From Halomicrobium mukohataei DSM 12286 (GTDB lineage Archaea > Halobacteriota > Halobacteria > Halobacteriales > Haloarculaceae), in assembly GCF_000023965.1 (NCBI RefSeq), contig NC_013202.1:2550001-2582000 (forward strand): a stretch of 32,000 nucleotides of DNA, in the 5' to 3' direction. Shown here piece by piece: positions 8,204 to 18,213 of this stretch. The notes under the pieces were generated by a model. That model saw only the letters and a list, made by a program, of their open reading frames with translations. It searched no databases and was not told where the DNA came from. The first letter of the stretch is position 1. The number at the start of each line of letters is the position of its first letter. A program made the position numbers and the translations under genes.

Positions 8204-8830
8204 TCACGGGAGCGGGCTCTCGTCTCGCGACTCGAACCGGATCACGACCAGTCGCTCGTAGGGGTGTGCCTCGTCGGCGACGATCTCGCCCGCGAGCCCC
8301 CGCTCGTGGGCGTAGCGTTGCACGTCGCCGATCCCGGTGAGGCTGCTGATCAGCAGGAAGACACGTCCGCCGGGGGCCAGCACGCGCTCGACCGCTTCGA
8401 GGAAGGGGTCGACGAGCCTGCGGCCGTCTTCCCCGCCCGAGAGCGCGTGTTCCATCCAGTCGTCCCACTCCTTGTCTGGCTCGGTCGGGAGGTACGGTGG
8501 ATTGAACGTGACGAGATCGAAGGCGTCCTCGCGGAACGGAGCGAGCAGGTCGGCACGGACGGCCGGGACACCGCGAGCCGCTGCCTCGCGACAGGCGTCC
8601 GGGTTCAGATCGGACGCGACTACGTCGACGCCCGCCTCGGCCAGCGTCTCGGCGACGTAGCCCGAGCCCGTTCCCACGTCGAGCCCGCGGTCGCCGGGCG
8701 TGGCGTGTGACCTGGCCGTCCGCGCCAGCAGATCGGAGTCCGCTGCCGGCTGGTACACCGTCTCCGTGTCGCGCTGTGTGGCAAGCGAGGGTCGTCCGTC
8801 GTCGTCGTCCGTCGGCGGCTGGCCGGGCAT
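8204..8830 (-). CDS. HemK/Mtq2-type N5-glutamine (release factor) methyltransferase homologue
   Basis: 208-aa ORF. VYQPAADS, SAM-binding DVGTGSGY and catalytic NPPYLP motifs. Confidence 0.8.
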   Translation of the reverse strand: MPGQPPTDDDDGRPSLATQRDTETVYQPAADSDLLARTARSHATPGDRGLDVGTGSGYVAETLAEAGVDVVASDLNPDACREAAARGVPAVRADLLAPFREDAFDLVTFNPPYLPTEPDKEWDDWMEHALSGGEDGRRLVDPFLEAVERVLAPGGRVFLLISSLTGIGDVQRYAHERGLAGEIVADEAHPYERLVVIRFESRDESPLP

Positions 8831-8832
8831 CG

Positions 8833-9705
8833 CTAGTACTCTCCGGGTCGGCCGGTCTCGTACGCGAGTGTCGCCAGCGCCGCGAACGTCGCGGGCGATA
8901 GCTCTCCCGCGCGCTTGCCCATCAGCGACTCGTCTGCGGCGTCGACGACGGCGTCGGGATCCCCGAGGTCGGTGATGTGGGCCGTGTTCCGGACGGCGTT
9001 TCGCATCGTCTTGCGACGCTGTGTGAACACGCCCTTGAGGAAGTCCATGAAGAAGTCGTCGTCCGGGACGCTGTAGTCGGGTTCGCGCGGCCGGAGCCGG
9101 ACGATGGCACTGTCGACGCGGGGCTGTGGGTCGAACGCCGTCGGCGGCACCGTCTCGACGATCTCGACGTCGGCGTAGTGGCCTGCCGTCACCGAGAGCC
9201 GCCCGTAGTCGTCGCTTCCGGGATCGGCCGCCATCCGTTCGGCGAACTCCTGCTGGAACATCAGGACGAGCGGCTTTCCACGCGGAAGCAGCCGGAACGC
9301 GATCTCGCTGGAGGCCCCGTATGGGAGATTCGAGACGCTCGCGGAGAACTCGGGCAGGTCCACGTCGAGGGCGTCGCCCTCGACGATCGTCAGGCGATCG
9401 GCGTCGATGGCGTCGGCGAACTCCTCGCGGAGGTGGGCCGCGAAGTCGGGATCGCGCTCGATCGCAGTTACCCGGTCCGCGACCGCGAGCAGTCGATCCG
9501 TCAGCGCGCCGGGACCGGCACCGACTTCCAGTACGTGGGATCGGTCCATCTGGTCGGCGTACCCCGGAATCCGGTCCAGAACTCGATCGTCGATCAAGAA
9601 GTGCTGGTCCTGTCGGGTGTCCGCTCGCTTGCCCGCACGGGCGACGAGCGCGTCAGGATCGCGAGCGCCGTCGGCCCCCTCGGAGGGCGGTCCGTCGGTA
9701 GTCAT
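8833..9705 (-). CDS. rsmA: 16S rRNA (adenine-N6,N6)-dimethyltransferase KsgA/Dim1
   Basis: QHFLIDDRVL, EVGAGPGALT and SNLPY motifs. I prefer the ATG at 9705 (MTTDGPP...); the longest ORF would extend to 9744. Confidence 0.9.
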   Translation of the reverse strand: MTTDGPPSEGADGARDPDALVARAGKRADTRQDQHFLIDDRVLDRIPGYADQMDRSHVLEVGAGPGALTDRLLAVADRVTAIERDPDFAAHLREEFADAIDADRLTIVEGDALDVDLPEFSASVSNLPYGASSEIAFRLLPRGKPLVLMFQQEFAERMAADPGSDDYGRLSVTAGHYADVEIVETVPPTAFDPQPRVDSAIVRLRPREPDYSVPDDDFFMDFLKGVFTQRRKTMRNAVRNTAHITDLGDPDAVVDAADESLMGKRAGELSPATFAALATLAYETGRPGEY

Positions 9706-9755
9706 CGCTCCCGGATAGCGGGCAGGCCCGTAAAACGCTGTCACTTCCGGGCCGA

Positions 9756-10328
9756 CTACGACTGGTCTTCGCGGCGCACGAACCTGCTGTACTTCAGGTC
9801 GTCTTCCGATAGCTCTTCGAGGATCCGTTCGACCAGGACTTCCTTGGGGTTGTGGAGGCCACTGACTCGTTCTTCGAGCTCCTCGAAGCTCTCGAAGGGC
9901 TTGCGCTTTCGCTCGTCCAGAATGGAGTTGCGCAGCTTCTTGCCGATTCCGGGCAGCAGGTTCAGCTGGTGGAGCCGGAGCGTGATCGGCTGGGCCTCGT
10001 TGTAGAAGTCGACGAACCGACCTGCCTCTGCCTCGACGAGGTCCTCGACGGCGTAGTCGAGTTCGGACTGCGCACCGCTCGGGAGGTCGTCGTACTCGAC
10101 GACGCTGACCCGGTCGAAGTCGGTGCTGTGAACGTCGATGCGGTCACCGAAGGTCACGTCCGTCTCCTCTCCGACCACGATCTCGTAGAGCCGGAAGTCT
10201 TCGGTCCCCATCGCGTACGCGAGCGGCTGCTTTTGATACTGTGGCCGGTCGTCCTCGGACTTGCCGTGTGGCAGGAAGTCCAAGACGACGGCCGGTTCGC
10301 CGTCGTCACCGCTCTCGGTATCGCTCAT
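9756..10328 (-). CDS. DUF655-type putative RNA-binding protein (OB fold + helix-hairpin-helix)
   Basis: 190 aa from ATG 10328 (MSDTESG...). LLPGIGKKL HhH motif. Sits in the conserved position between rpoF and ksgA. The 462-aa track ORF is an artefactual upstream extension across rpoF/L21e. Confidence 0.85.
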   Translation of the reverse strand: MSDTESGDDGEPAVVLDFLPHGKSEDDRPQYQKQPLAYAMGTEDFRLYEIVVGEETDVTFGDRIDVHSTDFDRVSVVEYDDLPSGAQSELDYAVEDLVEAEAGRFVDFYNEAQPITLRLHQLNLLPGIGKKLRNSILDERKRKPFESFEELEERVSGLHNPKEVLVERILEELSEDDLKYSRFVRREDQS

Positions 10329-10405
10329 GGCAGTCGATAGGTCTAGCGCCCACTTAATGGCGTGGGTCGGGGAGGCCGGTGACAATCGCCACGCGGGCGA
10401 CCGAT

Positions 10406-10762
10406 CTACGCGTACTGTTTGACGACGTTGAGAATCTCGTCGAGTTCGTCGCCCGACAGCGAGTACCGCTCCTGTGCGAACACGGAGCGCAGCTCGTCGC
10501 GATCCAGCGGTCGGAGGTTCGCGATCTTGTAAGCGGTCGCCTCGTCGACCTTCTCCAGGTCCCGGAGCTGGTCGACGAACTCCTCGGCCTCGTCGGGATC
10601 GAGCATCGCGAATCGGTTGACGTGCTCGATCGCACGAGCGAGTTCGTAGCGCATCTCCCGGTCCTCGTCCATCGAGCGCTCGGCTTCGATGTCTTCGAGG
10701 ATCTCCTTCGTTTCGGCGATCGTGAGGTACTCCTCGTCGACCTTCTCTTTGAAGATCGTCAT
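10406..10762 (-). CDS. rpoF: DNA-directed RNA polymerase subunit F (Rpo4)
   Basis: 118-aa ORF. Size, acidic helical sequence and position directly downstream of L21e match archaeal RpoF. Confidence 0.9.
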   Translation of the reverse strand: MTIFKEKVDEEYLTIAETKEILEDIEAERSMDEDREMRYELARAIEHVNRFAMLDPDEAEEFVDQLRDLEKVDEATAYKIANLRPLDRDELRSVFAQERYSLSGDELDEILNVVKQYA

Positions 10763-10765
10763 ACC

Positions 10766-11056
10766 TTACTCCTGTCGGCGGAGGTGTGCGGGCGTGACGA
10801 TGATCGTCTTGTCCTTGCCGTTGTCGTTGATCTCGACCTTGTAGGCTTCGCCCTGCTGTCCGAGGACGACGCCGGTCGAACCGTCGAAGCGCGGGTGGAA
10901 GCGACCGTCGTTGACCGACGGGTCGATCTTGAGGTGGACCGTGTCGCCCTCCTCGTACTGCTCGACGGCGCGCTGGGGCGGCGAGGTGCCGCGCTCGCGA
11001 GGCTTGTTCTTCAGCTTGTTCCGCGTTCCTTTGAGGGGTCCATCCGAACTGGGCAT
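10766..11056 (-). CDS. rpl21e: 50S ribosomal protein L21e
   Basis: 96 aa from ATG 11056. [15 protein letters not shown]...[11 protein letters not shown]... is the L21e signature. TATA-like TTTTATTA lies about 29 nt upstream. Confidence 0.95.
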   Translation of the reverse strand: MPSSDGPLKGTRNKLKNKPRERGTSPPQRAVEQYEEGDTVHLKIDPSVNDGRFHPRFDGSTGVVLGQQGEAYKVEINDNGKDKTIIVTPAHLRRQE

Positions 11057-11204
11057 TCGTGCGGAGGGGTAATCCGGTCGTCCTAATAAAACGTGCGTTC
11101 CCGTCGCGCCAGCGCCACCGGACTCTCGGCAGGGCGGATCGCACCTCGACCAGCGCGAGCGTCGCGACTCGGTGCGTCGAACGGCGGGGAAGAAAGCGCT
11201 CGGT

Positions 11205-11471
11205 CTATATTCGGCCGACGTTCTCGACGGAGACCGACTCCACGTCGTCGACGTTGCTGAAGGCCTCCTCGACGGCTTCCGTGCCACCGCTGTCGTCGGG
11301 GACGATCACCGTCGGGAACAGGGCGACGAGCCCGAAGGCCACGTCGTCGCGCTCGACGCCGTTGATCTTCGCGCCCTCGGGGAGCGAGCCTTCCAGACGC
11401 TCCTGGAGCGCGTCCAGGTCGACGTCGGGGCTGTTCGGCATGACCTTGATCTTGGCGGCGACTTTCCCCAT
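11205..11471 (-). CDS. translation elongation factor aEF-1 beta
   Basis: 88 aa from ATG 11471. [12 protein letters not shown]... N-terminus is typical of aEF-1beta. Confidence 0.9.
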   Translation of the reverse strand: MGKVAAKIKVMPNSPDVDLDALQERLEGSLPEGAKINGVERDDVAFGLVALFPTVIVPDDSGGTEAVEEAFSNVDDVESVSVENVGRI

Positions 11472-11473
11472 CG

Positions 11474-11659
11474 TTAGGGCCCCCGGAAGCCACAGTCGGG
11501 ACACTCGTAGAGGTTGCTCTGCTTGCGGCAGGTCCCACAGCGGTAGATCTGCTGACCGCAGTCCGGGCACTTGAACGCGGCGGCGTTCGTGCCGGCGATG
11601 TTGATGCCACACGAGACGCACTTCTGCGTGCGTTTTTGCTGAGTTTCGCTCTCGCTCAT
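11474..11659 (-). CDS. Zn-ribbon protein conserved upstream of aEF-1beta
   Basis: 61 aa with four CxxC pairs (CVSC, CPDC, CGTC, CPDC). TATA-like GTTAAAAG lies about 28 nt upstream. 2-nt spacer to the EF-1beta start. Confidence 0.8.
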   Translation of the reverse strand: MSESETQQKRTQKCVSCGINIAGTNAAAFKCPDCGQQIYRCGTCRKQSNLYECPDCGFRGP

Positions 11660-11749
11660 ACACTCTCGTATCCGGCCACGACTTTTAACGATTGTCAAAC
11701 GCACCGGAGTAGGGAGTGGGTCTCCGAACGGCCGCAGTAGTCCGCTGGA

Positions 11750-12340
11750 CTAGCTCCCCGGCAGGATGTCACCCAGCGCGGCACCGATGGCCATCGGGAA
11801 GAAGGCCACGACGCAGACACAGAAGTCCAGCCACGGGTCCGCCCAGTCGACGACGCCCCAGACACTCAACAGCGCGACGGCCGTCGCGAACGACGAGCCG
11901 AGGACGCCCACAAGTCGCCGAGGGACGAGACCGAAGAACGCGTAGGCCACCCGCACGTCCTGAATGTCGGCCACGTAGAGGATCCCGACGACGACCGCGA
12001 CCGTCGCGATCAGCGTCAGGATCAGGAACAGGGGGCGAGCGGCGATGAACTGCCCGGAGTCGACCGTCCCGCCCTCGACGGCCATCGGGATGCCAAAGAG
12101 CAGCGCGCCCAGAACCGACTCTGCGAGGTCCGCACGGTCGAACCCCCAGACGACCCGGCCGAACACCGGCCCGTCGTCGTCGACCTCGCTCGCCGTCTGC
12201 ATCGCCTCGCGGACGCGGGCTCGTTCCTCCGGTGAGTCGACGAGGCTCTCCAGCTCCGAGAGGTCGTCGAACAGGTCGCTCATGTCGGCGTCGTCCTGCT
12301 CGACCGGCGAGTCCCCTCGCCGCCGCTCGGACCGGCTCAT
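11750..12340 (-). CDS. integral membrane protein (acidic N-terminal tail plus about 4 TM helices), function unknown
   Basis: 196-aa ORF with clear hydrophobic segments after residue 70. ATGA overlap with the upstream dehydrogenase gene (12337-12340). Confidence 0.7.
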   Translation of the reverse strand: MSRSERRRGDSPVEQDDADMSDLFDDLSELESLVDSPEERARVREAMQTASEVDDDGPVFGRVVWGFDRADLAESVLGALLFGIPMAVEGGTVDSGQFIAARPLFLILTLIATVAVVVGILYVADIQDVRVAYAFFGLVPRRLVGVLGSSFATAVALLSVWGVVDWADPWLDFCVCVVAFFPMAIGAALGDILPGS

Positions 12341-13203
12341 CGCTCACTCGCCTCAGCTGATCGGGTTTCGACCGTCGGATTCGGACTCGCCGGCCCGACC
12401 CGTTCACCGTTCTCCCACTCGTAGAAACCGGTACCGGTCTGGCGACCGAGATCGCCCGCCTCGACCTTCTCGAAGAGGAGGTCCGGCGGATCGAACCGCC
12501 CACCGAGCTCTAGGGCCAGGGTTTCAAGCGCCGACAGCACGGTGTCGAGCCCCAACCGGTCGGCCAGTCCGAGCGGACCGATCGGGTGGTCGCGACCCAG
12601 TTCGAGCGCGCGGTCGATGGCCGTGACGCTGGCGACCCCCTCTTCGACCATCCTGACGGCCTCCACGATGGCCGCCAGGTCGAGTCGCGTCGTCGCGAAT
12701 CCCGGCGTGTCCCGGACCACGATGGGCATGGTGTCGAGCGACTCGACGAACGACACCGCGCGGTCCCGCGTGTCTGCCGTCGTCTGCTCGGCGACGACGA
12801 GTTCGACCAGCCGGCTCTCTGCCGGATCGACCACGTGGATGCCGAGCGCGCGGCCGGGCCGGCGGAGACCCGCCGCGACGGCCGTGATTCGGTCGGACGT
12901 GTCTCCGACGACGAGCAGCGTCTCCACCGCGACCAGTGCCTCGACCTCGGCCAGCAGGTCCCGCCGAGCGTCGATCTCGCGTCCGGTGAGGTCGAAGACA
13001 ACGTCGGCACCGCCGACGGCCGCTTCCAGTCCGGTCGTGCCGTCGATCGCGTCCTCGCGGCCAGCGCGTCGCTGGACCGCGTCGACGCTGTCCATCACGG
13101 CGTTGGCGTCGTCCCCGTAGAGACGAACGGCGGCGTCGGACCGAAGGCACCACGCGGCGAGCGCGTGACCGGTGGTCGAGGTCCCGAGTACGGCAACGTC
13201 CAT
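12337..13203 (-). CDS. 3-hydroxyacyl-CoA dehydrogenase family protein (NAD-binding + C-terminal domain)
   Basis: 288-aa ORF. N-terminal Rossmann [14 protein letters not shown]. Central/terminal motifs ([20 protein letters not shown]) are typical of 3-hydroxybutyryl-CoA dehydrogenases. Confidence 0.8.
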   Translation of the reverse strand: MDVAVLGTSTTGHALAAWCLRSDAAVRLYGDDANAVMDSVDAVQRRAGREDAIDGTTGLEAAVGGADVVFDLTGREIDARRDLLAEVEALVAVETLLVVGDTSDRITAVAAGLRRPGRALGIHVVDPAESRLVELVVAEQTTADTRDRAVSFVESLDTMPIVVRDTPGFATTRLDLAAIVEAVRMVEEGVASVTAIDRALELGRDHPIGPLGLADRLGLDTVLSALETLALELGGRFDPPDLLFEKVEAGDLGRQTGTGFYEWENGERVGPASPNPTVETRSAEASER

Positions 13204-13402
13204 GGATGTTATCGGGTCGTCGTATCGGATAAGCCTTTACTGGAACTCACTTCTCGTTGGGATACCGCCGTGGGAATCGCCCGATCGATGGATTCACACG
13301 AGAGGGGTGCTGAAACGAGATCCGTGCAAAGAAGCGCTGAGCTGTCACATTCCGTCGAGTAAGCTCGTGTTACTATCGGCACTGGTCGCCACCAGCCAAA
13401 CG

Positions 13403-13409
13403 TTTATAT
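13403..13409 (+). promoter_or_regulatory. TATA box of tfb
   Basis: TTTATAT lies about 30-36 nt upstream of ATG 13439 in an otherwise GC-rich spacer. Confidence 0.5.
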
Positions 13410-13438
13410 GTCTGAATTGTTTCTCCATAAAAGGACAC

Positions 13439-14392
13439 ATGGAGCGCCCCACCCGCCAGCGCGAGCACGACGGGACGCAGGAGCAGGAGACGGAAGAATC
13501 CGAGCAGACCTGTCCTGAGTGTGACTCGACGGCAATATCGACGGACGGGAGCGGCGAACTCATCTGCGAAGACTGCGGACTCGTCATCGAAGATGAGAAC
13601 ATCGACCGCGGCCCGGAATGGCGCGCGTTCAACCATTCTGAACGGCAGAGCAAGTCCCGCGTCGGGGCACCGACGACCCAGACGATGCACGACAAGGGGC
13701 TGACGACGACGATCGACTGGAAGGACAAGGACGCGTACGGCCGGTCCATCTCGTCGAAGAAGCGGTCCCAGATGCACCGACTGCGAAAGTGGCAGGAGCG
13801 AATCCGGACGAAGGACGCGGGGGAGCGAAACCTCCAGTTTGCCCTCTCGGAGATCGATCGGATGGCGTCGGCACTGGGCGTTCCTCGTTCGGTGCGAGAA
13901 GTCGCGTCGGTGATCTACCGGCGCGCGCTGGACGAGGACCTCATCCGCGGCCGTTCCATCGAGGGCGTCGCGACCTCCTGTCTGTACGCCGCCTGCCGAC
14001 AGGAAGGCATCCCACGGAGCCTCGAAGAGGTCTCGGACGTCTCTCGGGTCGAGCAAAAGGAGATCGGGCGCACGTATCGCTACGTCGCCCAGGAGCTCAA
14101 GCTCAAGATGGAGCCGGTCGACCCCAAACAGTACGTGCCGCGCTTCGCCAGCGAACTCGAACTGAGCGAGGAGGTCCAGTCGAAGGCCAACGAGATCATC
14201 GACGTGACCGCCGAGCAGGGCCTGCTGTCGGGCAAGTCCCCCACGGGCTACGCCGCGGCGGCGATCTACGCCGCGTCGCTGCTGTGCAACGAGAAGAAGA
14301 CCCAGCGAGAGGTCGCCGACGTCGCCCAGGTGACCGAAGTGACGATCCGGAACCGCTACCAGGAACAGATCGAAGCGATGGGCATCCACTGA
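13439..14392 (+). CDS. tfb: transcription initiation factor IIB (TFB)
   Basis: 317 aa. N-terminal Zn ribbon CPECDS...CEDCG, B-reader/linker, and two cyclin repeats ([33 protein letters not shown]). Confidence 0.95.
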   Translation: MERPTRQREHDGTQEQETEESEQTCPECDSTAISTDGSGELICEDCGLVIEDENIDRGPEWRAFNHSERQSKSRVGAPTTQTMHDKGLTTTIDWKDKDAYGRSISSKKRSQMHRLRKWQERIRTKDAGERNLQFALSEIDRMASALGVPRSVREVASVIYRRALDEDLIRGRSIEGVATSCLYAACRQEGIPRSLEEVSDVSRVEQKEIGRTYRYVAQELKLKMEPVDPKQYVPRFASELELSEEVQSKANEIIDVTAEQGLLSGKSPTGYAAAAIYAASLLCNEKKTQREVADVAQVTEVTIRNRYQEQIEAMGIH

Positions 14393-14417
14393 TTCCGATC
14401 GTTTAGCCGTACGACGG

Positions 14418-14422
14418 TTTTT
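14418..14422 (+). terminator. oligo-T tract downstream of tfb
   Basis: T5 run 26 nt after the tfb stop. Archaeal termination commonly uses such tracts. Confidence 0.35.
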
Positions 14423-14551
14423 CCTCGACTCCTTCGGTGATCGCCGGTCACGAATAGACGATCGCAAGCAGTGTGAGTGACTGCCCCACACTCAGGACGC
14501 GTTTTCACGATGCGTCTTCACGGCATCGCCAGAGATGTACAGCCGGTAGAG

Positions 14552-15283
14552 TCAGTCAGACGGCTGTGCGTCGTGGTCTGGAGCCATCACCGCGTCCTCG
14601 TCTTCGAACACCTGCGTCCCGAGTTCTTCGACGATCGCCTCGCCACTGAGCGCAAGCAGGCCGAAGCCGACCTTCGTCACCACGTCGAGGTAGGCGACGA
14701 CCAGCGCCGTCGTTTCGAGGTCCATCAGCCCGAGTCCGGACTGTCCGAGGATCCAGATGATCGGATAGATGCCCCAGAGCACGACGACGAAGTTGCGCAG
14801 CGTCTCGTAGACACCGAATCCGACCTCCGAGAGCGTGTCGACGGCCGCGTCTGTGATCGCGCCGTACAGCAGGTAGCCGACGCCGACGAAGGCGAGCCCG
14901 CCCAGCGCGAACAGTCCCCAGGAGAGCAGCCCTCCGATCACCGCGCCCGCGAATCCGAAGACGATCGTCAGGACCTGCAAGCCGACGAGTTTCCCGATCG
15001 TCTCGCGGTCGGCACCCGCGAACAGCCCGAGGAACAGGACGTTCAGGGGTGTCGTCAGCAGCCAGTCGACGTAGCGGGGAATCCAGACGGTGTGGGTTCC
15101 CGTGTCGAAGCCGCCGATGCCGAGTGCCATGATCGCGTAGGCGAAGATCGCGATGCCGGGAATCGAGACCAGCACCGCGTACCGGGTGCGTCTCTCGGCC
15201 GGGACGAGCCTGAAGCCGTAGGCGAGAATTGCCGTCCCAGCGAGCATACCGATCGTACCGAGTGTGAACCAGAGTTCTATCAT
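14552..15283 (-). CDS. sopII: sensory rhodopsin II (phoborhodopsin)
   Basis: 243 aa, 7-TM. RYVDWLLTTPL with Phe at the BR-D96 position. Retinal lysine in DVVTKVGFG. Close overall resemblance, from memory, to Natronomonas pharaonis SRII. Sits 2 nt downstream of the transducer gene. Confidence 0.9.
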   Translation of the reverse strand: MIELWFTLGTIGMLAGTAILAYGFRLVPAERRTRYAVLVSIPGIAIFAYAIMALGIGGFDTGTHTVWIPRYVDWLLTTPLNVLFLGLFAGADRETIGKLVGLQVLTIVFGFAGAVIGGLLSWGLFALGGLAFVGVGYLLYGAITDAAVDTLSEVGFGVYETLRNFVVVLWGIYPIIWILGQSGLGLMDLETTALVVAYLDVVTKVGFGLLALSGEAIVEELGTQVFEDEDAVMAPDHDAQPSD

Positions 15284-15285
15284 CG

Positions 15286-17589
15286 TTAGTCGTCGTCAGT
15301 GGCCGCAGTCGTCTGCTGGCCGGGACTCTCGGCAGACTGCACCGAGAACCGGTCGAGCGCCTGTTCGAGTTCGTCTGCACGCTGTCTGAGTTCCGTCGCG
15401 GAGTCAGACACCTCGCCGATGGAGTGTGCCTGGTCCTCGGCCGCACCGGCGACCGTGTCCGCCTCCGTCGCGGTCTCCTGGCTGATCTCGGTCAGCTTGT
15501 CGATCATCTCCAGCAGCTCCGTCGCCGTCTCTGCCTGCTCTTCGGTCGCCCGGTCGATCTCCTGGATACCGGCGTCGACCTCCTCCGTGTACTCGACAAT
15601 GGTCTCCAGGGCGTTGACGGCCTCTTCGACGGTCTCGACGCCGTCGGTGATCCGCTGGCTGGTCGACTCCATCGTCTCGACGGTGTCGCCGGCCTGTGAC
15701 TGGATGCGCTCGATGCGCTCCTCGATGTCCCCCGCGGCCTCTTTGGTCTCTTCGGCGAGGCCCTTGATCTCGTCTGCGACGACGGCGAAGCCCGCGCCCT
15801 CCGCGTCGGCGTGGGCCGCCTCGATCGAGGCGTTGAGCGCGAGCATGTTGGTCTGCTCGACGATCTGGGTGATCACCGAGACGATCTCGCCGATCTCGTC
15901 GAGATCCTCGTCGAGCGCGTTGATCTCGGCGACGGTCTCCTCGGTCTCGGCCTCGATGCTGTTCATCTCCTCGATGGCCTCCTGGGCCGCACTACGGCCG
16001 TCTTCGCCGACCTCGGCGGCCGACTGGGACGTGTCGGCCACCTGCTGGGCCGACGCCGCCATCTCCTCGGAGGCCGCAGAGAGGTTCTCCATCTCCGAGG
16101 CCGCGTTCTGGAGTCGTTCGCTCTGTTCGTTCGTCCCGTCGAAGATCTCCTGGATCGACTCGCTGACCTGCTGGCTGGCCCGGTCGACCCGCTGGGCGTT
16201 CGTCCCCACGTCGTCGCTCGCCTGCAACACGTTGCTCGCGAAGGACTTCATCTCGGCGATGGTCGTAGAGAGATCCGCCAGCATGGCGTTGATCTCCTCG
16301 CCGACCTCGCTCATCGCGTCGTTCATGCTCTCGGTGTCGACGCGGACGGTGAGGTCGCCGTCGGCCGCAGAGGACAGTGCGTCACTGTACTCGGTGGCCT
16401 TCAGTTCGAGGTGGCCCGTCAGTGCCTCCATCTCTGCCTGCTCTTCCTCGGCGTCCTCACGAGCCTGTTGGGCGTCGCTCTTGGCTTGCTCGGCCTCGCG
16501 TCGTGCCTCCTCGGCGTCTGAGATCGTCTCTCGGAGGTTCGTCCGCATGTCGTCGAGCGACTGGTACAGCGAGCCGATCTCGTCGGTCCGGGCGGTGGTC
16601 AGGTCCACGTCGAGGTCGCCGGCACCCATCTCCTCGGCCCTGTTGGAGAGTCGGCGAAGGGAGACGATCGTGCCGCTCCCGATCGTGACGCCGACGAGCC
16701 CGAGGTTGATCACCGCGAACAACACGATCCCGATCAGGTCGGAGTTGATCTGGGAGCTCAGCGCGTAGGCCTCGCTCCGGTCGGAGTGGACCATCACCGT
16801 CCAGTCGGCCGTTTCGAGCGTCGTCATGCCCATCAGCGTGTCGCCCATCGCCACGAACCCGGATTCACCCGACGCCGGCATCGTCATGCTGCCGTCGTGT
16901 GCCGTGTTGATCTTGCTACTGTTGGGGTGGGCGATGTACTGACCGTCGTCGTTGACCACGGCGGTGTATGACCCGTCACGCTGGTCGGAGAACGCCTCCG
17001 TCCGCTCCTTCAGATCGGTCATGAAGACGATCGCGTGATCGCTGTCGCCCTCGACCGGCGAGAGAACGGCGATGATCGGGTGGTCGACGATCGAGACCTG
17101 GAATGGATCGGTCACGTGCGTGTCGTCCGGCCCCTCGAAGCTCGGGGGGTCGGTCGCGAACGGCGCTCCCTGCTCGCTGGCGTCGACGCCGACGAAGTCC
17201 TCGTTCGAACTGGCCTCGATCTCCATCGTCGTCGTGTCGACGTAGTGGACTGCGACGACGTCGGCCGGGAGCCTGTCGTTGTCCTGTAAGGTGTTCAACT
17301 GCGCCTGTATCTCGCTGGTCGACCCGGACTCGAAGACCGGCAGCGCAGAGGTCATCCGGACGCTCTGTCGAGCCGACTCGAGCCACGCGTCGATCTGGTC
17401 GGCCTGAGTCGCCGAGGTCGCGCGCAGATCGGACGCTACGTCGGACTCCAGCTCGTCTGAAGCCTGGACGCTCACCACAGCGCCGACGGCGATGACGACG
17501 ATCACCGCCAGCGCCAGCGCGAGTCCGAGTCGCAGGGCGTAACTGTCCCCGATAAACTCAGGAAGGAGAGATGATGTCTCAGAACTCAT
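15286..17589 (-). CDS. htrII: sensory rhodopsin II transducer (methyl-accepting protein with large extracellular domain)
   Basis: 767 aa. TM1 about residues 20-42, roughly 240-aa extracellular domain, TM2 about residues 283-305, HAMP, and a highly conserved MCP signalling hairpin ([15 protein letters not shown]). Size and architecture resemble Halobacterium HtrII. Confidence 0.9.
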   Translation of the reverse strand: MSSETSSLLPEFIGDSYALRLGLALALAVIVVIAVGAVVSVQASDELESDVASDLRATSATQADQIDAWLESARQSVRMTSALPVFESGSTSEIQAQLNTLQDNDRLPADVVAVHYVDTTTMEIEASSNEDFVGVDASEQGAPFATDPPSFEGPDDTHVTDPFQVSIVDHPIIAVLSPVEGDSDHAIVFMTDLKERTEAFSDQRDGSYTAVVNDDGQYIAHPNSSKINTAHDGSMTMPASGESGFVAMGDTLMGMTTLETADWTVMVHSDRSEAYALSSQINSDLIGIVLFAVINLGLVGVTIGSGTIVSLRRLSNRAEEMGAGDLDVDLTTARTDEIGSLYQSLDDMRTNLRETISDAEEARREAEQAKSDAQQAREDAEEEQAEMEALTGHLELKATEYSDALSSAADGDLTVRVDTESMNDAMSEVGEEINAMLADLSTTIAEMKSFASNVLQASDDVGTNAQRVDRASQQVSESIQEIFDGTNEQSERLQNAASEMENLSAASEEMAASAQQVADTSQSAAEVGEDGRSAAQEAIEEMNSIEAETEETVAEINALDEDLDEIGEIVSVITQIVEQTNMLALNASIEAAHADAEGAGFAVVADEIKGLAEETKEAAGDIEERIERIQSQAGDTVETMESTSQRITDGVETVEEAVNALETIVEYTEEVDAGIQEIDRATEEQAETATELLEMIDKLTEISQETATEADTVAGAAEDQAHSIGEVSDSATELRQRADELEQALDRFSVQSAESPGQQTTAATDDD

Positions 17590-17846
17590 CGTGTCGATGC
17601 TGGGCGTTCACGGATTAATAGATTCGCGCGCAGTTTTCAGCGGTGATAAGCGGATTCTGAAACGCGGGGGTCTCCCGGGACGGTGTCCCCGTCGAGGGCC
17701 GATCTGTCGTCGCCAGAACCCATAGAACTGTGGGTATCGCCCACCGATTCGTGACGTGTCGGCCGTGCCGGACACGCCACCGAGTCGTCGGACACGTCGC
17801 CTCGCCGTTCGTCCCGCCGTCACTTCGTCTTATACTGGCTGTAACT

Positions 17847-17854
17847 GTTTCAAG
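17847..17854. repeat. left copy of the 8-bp target-site duplication GTTTCAAG
   Basis: Identical octamer immediately outside both outer ends of the composite element (17847-17854 and 19124-19131). Confidence 0.6.
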
Positions 17855-18149
17855 TGCTCTGTTGAATCCGCAGACGGCACTGGGATTGAGGCTGAAGATA
17901 CAGTTATCAGACTCCATTGGTGGCGAATTCTTACGACCGACCTTCGATTGATGGGTCAGCTTTGGAGAGCGAAAGCAGATTCTGACTCGCTATCTGTTGC
18001 CGACTCCATCTGACACACTGGACGCTATAGTAGCCATTGAAAATCAATGCACACCCGATCGCACGACGGCAGTGCGATCGGTGTGTAAATCGTTTCAATT
18101 GTTACTATAGCCCGTCGACTTGGCCGCCATCACCGGATTCAACAGAGTA
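17855..18149 (+). mobile_element. MITE copy 1 (295 bp)
   Basis: Starts TGCTCTGTTGAATCCG and ends CGGATTCAACAGAGTA (16-bp TIR, 1 mismatch). 289/295 identical to copy 2 with no indels. Confidence 0.8.
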
Positions 18150-18213
18150 GAGTCAGGCTTATCCGAGATCCAGATTGCGGTGTGATTATTACAGCATTCC
18201 CAGAATTATTCGT

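Noticed and set aside
10329-11144. Upstream 272 codons of the 462-aa ORF 9756-11144
   Set aside because: The extension overlaps rpoF and rpl21e in another frame and is extremely Arg-rich. The conserved protein starts at the internal ATG 10328.
14478-14551. A full third copy of the small palindromic element downstream of sopII
   Set aside because: The right arm (GTACAGCCGGTAG, 14537-14549) and the overall length fit, but the candidate left arm matches in only about 6-7 nt. A 13-mer match alone is not significant in 32 kb. It is kept only as a remark under the nested-insertion finding.
17615-17951. ORFs of 71-100 aa reading out of or into MITE copy 1 (17608-17823, 17615-17917, 17730-17951, 17756-18013)
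   Set aside because: They are basic with non-halophilic composition, cross the element boundary, and are not conserved in frame in copy 2. They are most likely non-coding.
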